Of a stretch of DNA of 64,000 nt, positions 56,527-64,000 are shown piece by piece. The stretch lies in NCBI RefSeq assembly GCF_006345805.1, contig NC_042998.1:168516001-168580000 (forward strand). Direction: 5' to 3'. How positions within the stretch are numbered: the stretch's first letter is position 1; each line of letters begins with the position of its first letter. Under the pieces are notes generated by a model. That model was not told where the DNA came from. It saw only the letters and a list, made by a program, of their open reading frames with translations, and made no database searches. The stretch comes from Octopus sinensis (Eukaryota). The position numbers and the translations under genes were made by a program.

Positions 56527-57798
56527 TATGTTTGACTTTTGCTTTATATTTGTACAAGTTGGCTCCAAGTCTCACCCAGAGACCTCAAGAGACAACAGGC
56601 TGGAAGTTCATGTTGTTGTTATGCCTAGTGTGCCATATATTTGGGGGGGAGATTTTGGTGTTGTACTAATGAATGTCTAAAAAAAAAATAATTTTTTTTT
56701 TTTTTAAACCGAGAATTATATTTGTTTTAAACCTTGAGATTACATAGAAAGTATTTTGCGTAGGATATGAGCAGTTCCCATGAGCACTATCTTTTGAATT
56801 TCTGCCATTTTTGGGTTTCCTGGTATCTGAGTTAGGTAGCTATCAGCCCCTTTTGCTATCATTCCCAGGGCACCTATGACAACAGGTATTGTTTTAGTCT
56901 TCAGGTTCCACATTTTGCTGATTTCTATTTCAAGATCTTTATATTTGCTCAGTTTTTGGTAGGTCTTGACAGATACGTTTATATCGATTGGGAGAGTCAT
57001 ATCAATGAGGAGGCATGTTCTTTGTTTGAAGTCTTTCAATATGATGTCTGGCCTATTTGCATCTATCTTTCTGTCAGTTTGAATGGTGAAGTTCCAGAGG
57101 AGTGAGATGTGGTCATTTTCAAGCACTGGGGGTGGTGTGTGTTCCCACCAGTTTTTTTCATGGGGCAAATCCAGGTTTTTGCAGATTACCCAGTGAATAT
57201 ATTGTGCAGCTCTATCGTGTCTGTTGAGATACTCTGTAGGCGCTAGAAGACTGCACTTGGAGACCACATGGTCAATGGTTTCATTTTGTTGCTGGCATAC
57301 ACGACACGTTGGACTGCTTCTGATCTTTAATATGTTGGCCTGGTAGTTTCTTGTTGGTAGGCATTGATCTTGAGCTGCTATGATAAACCCCTCTGTTTCA
57401 GATTTTAAGCCAGAGGCCATTAGCCATTGATGGGTCAGGGCTTTGTCAACATCTGCATTATTTGCTCTCTTTGGGTATTTGCCATAGAGAGGTTTTTCTT
57501 GCCATTTATCATTCGGAATATCTAAGGCCGCAGATTTAGCACGGGTTTTCATGCGCTTAGCTTTTTCTGTGCCTGTTTCTTGTATGTCTATCTCTAATTC
57601 CGAAATTTGTTGTATTCGGAATTCACTTAGATATTCCTTTGCCTGTTTTGTTACTGAGTATGATGCTTTCTTGTTTTCATGTTTTGAGACAAGTTTTAAC
57701 ATCCAGTCCTCAGAGTTTTTCAGGTAGGTGTCTAGACCAATTGTAGCAATCTTCATTGTTATTGCCAGTTGCAAAAGACCACGGCCTCCCTCTTTTCT
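56526..57798 (-). mobile_element. 5'-truncated R4/Dong-like LINE with an uninterrupted C-terminal ORF (thumb, CCHC knuckle, restriction-like endonuclease)
   Basis: About 350 open codons from KEGGRGL through CRVCQQQNETIDHVVSKC and NRPDII...LIDMT...K.SKYKDL to the stop at 56740; ~210-bp 3' UTR; (AAT)n-type repeats at both ends. Confidence 0.9.
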
Positions 57799-57856
57799 TC
57801 TTCTTCTTCTTCTTCTTCTTCTTCTTCTTCTCTTCTTCTTCTTCTTCTTCTTCTTC

Positions 57857-57928
<72 letters not shown>

Positions 57929-59233
57929 ATCATTTTATTATCATAATGAAGGGGGCGAGCTGGCAGAATCGTTAGCTCATCAGTCAACAACGTAACAGCA
58001 TTTCTTCCTGCTGTTTACGTCTAGCGTTCGAATTCAATACAGATGAGATAATATACTGTAAGATATTCGCTTTGCAAATCTGAAATGCTATCAGTCCTTA
58101 AGAGAAATGTTGTAGTCGGTTGAATTATCTTTATATTACTGGTTCTTATATTTACTAAATGACGAAACATCTCCGTGATCGTGCACCTGGTTGAAATTGT
58201 AGTTTAATTTCCCCAAATCTTCCTTGCTGTCTTCAAAAAGAAAGATCTGCTCTATAATTAATTCTCTGAGATAGTGAATGATATAACGATTGAGTACGAC
58301 TAGCCTTGAACCTTGAGTTGTATAACAATATTAGTTGCAATGACTGTTAAGTTTTCCTTTTTTAAGTTCACTCCAACAAAGTTTGATCAGTGAACTTAAT
58401 TAGTGTTAATCATTTAAGCTAGAGTTCTATAATTTCTGCACGGATTATTTCCACTGTGAAAATAAAAGTAAAATAGTCAAAATATCATTAAAACGTTAAA
58501 TAGTTGTTGTTGTTGTTGTTGTTGTTGCCCTCTGTTGCTGTTGCCCTCTGCTGCTGTTGCCATCGTCGTCATCATTTGTGATGAGCCGTAGCCAAGTGGT
58601 TCAGTGGTTGAACTCACTATTATAAGGTCGTGGTTCTGATTCCTGGACCGGATGATGCGCTGAGACCTGGGGCAAAGCAATTCCTACATTGTTCCAATTC
58701 ATTAAGAGCAAAATAACTATGTCTGCGTCTGTTTGAAGAACAGTGTATTGTTATTGAGACGCAATCACGCGACAAATTTACATTGAAACACTCTTCATAA
58801 ATGAAAATAATAGCTACACTTATAGCAGGTGGACTGAAGGCTGCGAAGTCGCAACGCATGAAATTTTCACGGAGTGATAAAAATGTTAATTTTATTCTAC
58901 AGCAATCTAAATTTCAAAATTTGCTATGGGACCCTAAGCGCTAAAAATATTTAGCCATGCGAAAATAACAAAGTATCATCTATGTATACGCTAAGTGTGT
59001 ATATGTACATGGACACTATGATGCAATATATAGTCTGTGCCCCAACCATTCTCCTTTTATTCATTTCGTTTCGTATGCACGCATGTATGTTTGCCTGATA
59101 TATTAACAAGTATTCGTAAGAGGTACTACATACACATTTACACACAAGCACATATATAAACAAACAACCACACTATACGCACATGTGCATACTCACATAT
59201 ACTCCTATATTTATACATACGTATATATATATG

Positions 59234-59277
<44 letters not shown>

Positions 59278-59723
59278 ATATATATATTTATGTATGTATT
59301 TATGTATATAAACATACGTATATATAAATAAGTTATATATGTGTGTCTATATATAAATATTTATATATATATATGTCTGTCTGTGTGTTTGTGTACGCGC
59401 GCATGTATGTATACATGTATTTATATATGTACGTGTGTATATATGTCCTTTCCAAAACAGAAACCCCTAGAAAAGGAAATCTAAAACATCTGCAACATTA
59501 CAAAAACATAACAAATACACTATTAACATTAATAGCAACGAAAACAAGTGCATAATTAATTACTAAGCAAAATACTTTTTAAAAATGCTGCAAACGTTTA
59601 AAATAAAAATGCATTTCGTAAACACGTTGCGAAAAAAAAATAATAATAGCTACAACAAAACTGTGAACATTCAAAAAATGATAATTAAAAATAAATATGT
59701 AAATGACTCTCGGTATATATATA

Positions 59724-59796
<73 letters not shown>

Positions 59797-59872
59797 GTAT
59801 ATATATATGTATATATGTGTGTGTGTGTGTGTGTATGTGTGTGTGTGTGGTGTGTGTAAACATTTAAAAGAT

Positions 59873-59922
<50 letters not shown>

Positions 59923-59932
59923 CCATAATATA

Positions 59933-60429
59933 TGACAATTAGTTGGTTGTCATAATAAAACTCAGTGTTTCGGTTGCCGGGGCTGAAGTCTGCTCCGGCA
60001 TCTCATCAGTTATTAAGACAACCAAAAACGCTATGAAAAACCGTTGAGTAAAGGGAAATTACTCCAATAGGCGTGGGGAAAGCAAAAACTTCGTTCATAG
60101 AATATATAAGAAATGTTAAGACTTATGAAAGGTTTGTACGTGGTCATAATATAAAAAGCAGGTTCTATCTGTGATATTGTGGGGTCCAAAAACGTAACAA
60201 ATGTTTTGCCATATATGGACATGACCAAAAAGTTCAGTTCTTGAAATTAGACATGTAGCGGAGTCTAAAGAACTTTTCCAGATGAGCCATCTTTCCATAT
60301 CGCAAAGACCGCCCTTTTACTTTCCCCAAGCCTATTGGAGTAATTTCCCTTTATTCAACATTTTTTTTTCATAGTGTTTTTGTTTGTCTTTATAAAACTC
60401 TGAGTTTTATGACAACCAACTAATTGTCA
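59933..60429. repeat. Inverted repeat (arms ~59933-60087 and ~60315-60429); only the left arm has a hammerhead core
   Basis: TGACAATTAGTTGGTTGTCAT...AAGGGAAATTACTCCAATAGGC.TGGGGAAAG is mirrored on the opposite strand. Confidence 0.8.
59953..60015 (-). ncRNA. Type I hammerhead motif with canonical CUGAUGA core
   Basis: Minus: TAATAA-CTGATGA-G-ATGCCGG(AGCAGACTTCAGCC)CCGGCA-AC-C-GAAA-CACTGAG-TT^-TTATTA. Stem I is 6 bp; stem II includes TGCCGG/CCGGCA; stem III is imperfect; GUU triplet. Confidence 0.7.
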
Positions 60430-60498
60430 CATATTATATTTATAGATAAATTCCTCTATTTACATAACATCGAGGTCTCATTCATTCTTTTGTTGTCA

Positions 60499-60572
<74 letters not shown>

Positions 60573-60618
60573 CATTATTATTACTATTATTATTATTATT
60601 ATTATTATCATCATTATC

Positions 60619-60785
<167 letters not shown>

Positions 60786-61749
60786 TATTCACGTAAATAA
60801 CTTTTTACAATGCAATGATGCAGAAGTTTTTTCAATGTTCACAAAGTGTGAGAATACATGTATTTTTCTTAAGGATTGCCCACAGCTTGAATCTTCTTCC
60901 TCGCGAAAATTTGATAATTGTATCGTATTGATCGGTCCCTGCTACTGTCATATTCTTTCGCAGAACCATCTTTACTTTTTCTGTCCTTCTCTCATCAATA
61001 ATTGATGTTCATACACACATACGTTTTTATATCCAGACATTTTCTTTCTCTCCACTCTCTTTTCCTGCACACACTCAAGCAGGCACACGCACACACATAT
61101 ATGTAGTGTACTGTTCCATTATTGGTGGGCTTAACCGAATAACTACCATCCAGCGAGATATAAATATCATTTAATAAACACAGGATGTAAATCGTAAATG
61201 TGAGTTATAATAAGTTTCATGCTCCAGTAGTACATTAATCAGACGTTCTTGTATCACGCGCAGTGTACAGCGCAGCAATCGTTCCGGCTCAAAATATATC
61301 GTATCTTCTCTCTGAAAAAATACGAAGAACAAGAGAAAAAAGTAAATGAAAAAGGAAACGAAAGGAAGGAGAGAGTGGTAGATGGAGAAAAGTTGTGGCC
61401 CCTTTGGTCCGTTAAAATGACATATAACAATAGTTGGTGTTGTTCATTTCACATGGAAATGTTAAAGTCACAAATATTATTCCTAATGCGGAGAGGGTGG
61501 TGTTCTCAAGTTCGATAATAGAAACTTGTGTAAATGCTTGTACTTTATAAAAATCTCTCATCTAGAATTCAATTGGTCGGTAGAGATTTTAGATTTAAAA
61601 ACAGTTCTTTCGGCTATAAAAAAAGCCTGAAGGCTGTTCGTCACTGAATTGTTCGTAAACTGAAACTATTTTCCCATAGGAATCAATGTAAAATGGATTA
61701 ATCCATTTCTGGACCCTAGATGTTTACTTATTTAAAATTTTACATTTGG

Positions 61750-62320
61750 TGCACAAGTCCATAGACAAAACCGACGAGAATCTTTAAACCTAACACAAAA
61801 AAAGATTAACACAATACTTAACAGATAACATATAGCCAAAAACTTATTTTATTTTGATGGAGTAGAGTTGACAGGGTAACTGGAAAGTGGTGAAAAAGAA
61901 GGGAAGAGATGTTATTGTTAAAAGGGGAGTTCTCTCCCATAAAAGCATCAGGTAACTGACTTTCTGATTTGACCTTACAAGCATATTCCCAACTTTTAAG
62001 TCACTTCAAAATAACCCTCAACTCAATAACACCGTTTACAAACTCTATACCTGGAATGACCAATTTTAAATACTATTGGAACTGACAAGGTACAGGAATC
62101 TTATATGTATAACATTATGCCTAAATAATGGAAATGCAGATACAATATCCTTGCATATTTCACGTCTCCTCTTCACTCTCTATTTCATCTCTTGTCTAAA
62201 CTAACTATTGCTTAACCATCTTCTCACACCGTTTCCGATGAAGGGATATATAAAATATCCGGGAAACAGCTGTAAGATCTTCTATTTATAAATGTTCTGA
62301 AATCTTTCTCAGCCTATATA
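61750..62320 (+). mobile_element. Probable Penelope-like element 3' remnant
   Basis: Weak GIY-YIG-tail resemblance (PYKHIP) upstream of a hammerhead motif at 62231; ends at (TA/TG)n. Confidence 0.45.
62231..62278 (+). ncRNA. Degenerate hammerhead motif
   Basis: GTTT-CCGATGA-AG-GGATAT(ATAAA)ATATCC-GG-GAAA-CAGCTG-TA^-AGAT; same CAGCTG stem III as 29812, with mismatches at the base of stem II. Confidence 0.55.
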
Positions 62321-62709
62321 TGTATATATATGTGTGTGTATATATAAATACATATATATATGTGTGTGTGTGCGTGCGTGTACGCTCGCATGTATGTATA
62401 CACGTATTTATATATGTACGTAAGTATATATATCCTTTCCAAAACAGAAACCCCTAGAAAAGGAAATCTAAAACATCTGCAACATTACAAAAACATAACA
62501 AATACACCATTAACATTAATAGCAACGAAAACAAGTGCAAAATTAATTACTAAGCAAAATACTTTTTAAAAATGCTGCAAACGTTCAAAATAAAAACGCA
62601 TTTCGTAAACACGTTGCGAAAATAAGAAAAATAATAATAGCTACAACAAAACTGTGAACATTCTAAAAAAATGATGATTAAAAATAAATATGTAAATGTA
62701 TTTTTAGCC

Positions 62710-64000
62710 CCTTGTGGAATTTCAGCATCAACAAGGTATTTTTGTTTATATATATGTGCAGATTTGTATGTTTTGCTTTATGTATGTATTCTCATGCATA
62801 TAGTTGCATATCTAGACATGCCCATATATATTTAAATGATAAACTTCTGGAAAGTTTTACAGATATTTATTGTTCCAGTGATGGGTTGGATCTGTAGTCT
62901 TCGAATTAGCTTCCTCTTTTCTGGCTTTGAGAAGCCTAATTTCTCAAAATTTGCATTTAGGAAGTTTGTTACATACCTCAGGGCCTCAATAATTACAGGT
63001 ATTAACCTGAGCTTTTAATATGGATAGAGTAACTGCAGATTTCTCAATTGTTCAGCGTTGGTATTCTCTTTTTCACTGATCTTCAGCTTTATGTAAACGT
63101 CCGCTAGGCAGATAATTTCCACAACTGTACACAGTTTCTCTTCTTTATCCCAAATCATTATATCAGGTCTGTTGTGCATGCATTGTATTGAGGTCTCACT
63201 GGGACATTACACCAGTACTCCTCGTTATTAAGAGTGACTATGGCTTCTACCACACTGTGGGTTTTTATTTCTTTGTCCTCGGGGTTATCCTTCCGATGGA
63301 TTTCATTACAGAGTGTCCTAGCTACAACATCATGTCTAATCGGCAGATAACACCGTGAAGACATTTTTGAACTACTTATGATGTGGGTGATATTTTCAGT
63401 GTTAACTTCACATTCGGCATCAGTTGTCACATTTTACTGCTTTTCCTGCATCTCTATCCCTTTTGTACATCAGGTACTTGGTTGATATTTCCTGTTCCTG
63501 TTCCTGGATTGCAAACGCATACACTTCAAAGTTAAAGGTAGTAATCCGGCTATTGGTCCATGATGGACTGCTTTCAAGATCAATGTTACTGTCATCTCGG
63601 AGCTTTCTACTAACATTTCCATGCATAGTCTTCAGCTCATATACGCTCATCCTTTCATCCCATGGTAAGTTGCGTTAGAGTCATGCGACTTCTTAGGGCA
63701 TGTATTCTTGGTTATCAGAGAAATAATGATGCTCAAGGAACTACCTTCCAATTCTTATGATGTTATCAACCTCATGTATGCAAACTTGGTCAAGGGATGC
63801 ACTTCGGCACTTGGTGGTTAAAAGATGTTGCCGAAGGGATATAATGCGACATTCAAAGGAATTTTGGATCGATGCTAAGCCTCTACCACCTTGTTTCCGT
63901 GTTAGGTAGTAGCAATCTATGTCACTGTTTATGTGGAAATTATATGTGCTTGCTAATATTTTTCGGGTTTTCACATCAATGGCTCGGATCTCATCAAGCA
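62710..64000 (-). mobile_element. Decayed REL-clade (R4-like) LINE 3' region, running off the window
   Basis: RKQGGRGL, YAFAIQEQ...EISTKYL, CEVNTENITHIISS, RHDVVAR and RPDIMIWDKEEKLCTVVEI; frameshifted. Confidence 0.8.

Noticed and set aside
57799-57990. N-terminal poly-N/K/R extension of the 416-aa ORF, which looks like a basic domain or NLS
   Set aside because: It derives from the flanking (AAT)n/(AAG)n microsatellite and a SINE head fused in frame by chance; LINE homology starts near KEGGRGL.
62701-62720. TTTAGCCCCTTGTGG shared with the OK-SINE tail, hinting at a SINE-LINE shared 3' end
   Set aside because: It is in the opposite orientation to the adjacent LINE's sense strand and only ~15 bp long.

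Overview
This is AT-rich, repeat-saturated eukaryotic DNA with no recognisable host protein-coding gene. The SINE families suggest an octopus (coleoid cephalopod) genome, an inference from recalled family sequences rather than a search. The window holds microsatellites, many tRNA-derived SINEs, decayed DNA transposons (Chapaev3-like, Helitron, several mariners, Tigger, MITEs) and R4/Dong-like REL LINE fragments. Almost all ORFs in the track are translations of microsatellites. Three things stand out. (1) Six hammerhead-ribozyme-like motifs sit in Penelope-like terminal-repeat fragments next to (TA)n; two lie in the arms of a near-perfect 731-bp inverted repeat and have a ~92-nt extended stem II. 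(2) R4/Dong-like LINEs and a ~600-bp non-coding element are inserted in (TAA)n microsatellites with the same polarity, suggesting an autonomous/non-autonomous pair. (3) There is a ~1.1-kb near-identical tandem duplication. All folds and alignments were done by eye, and family names come from memory.
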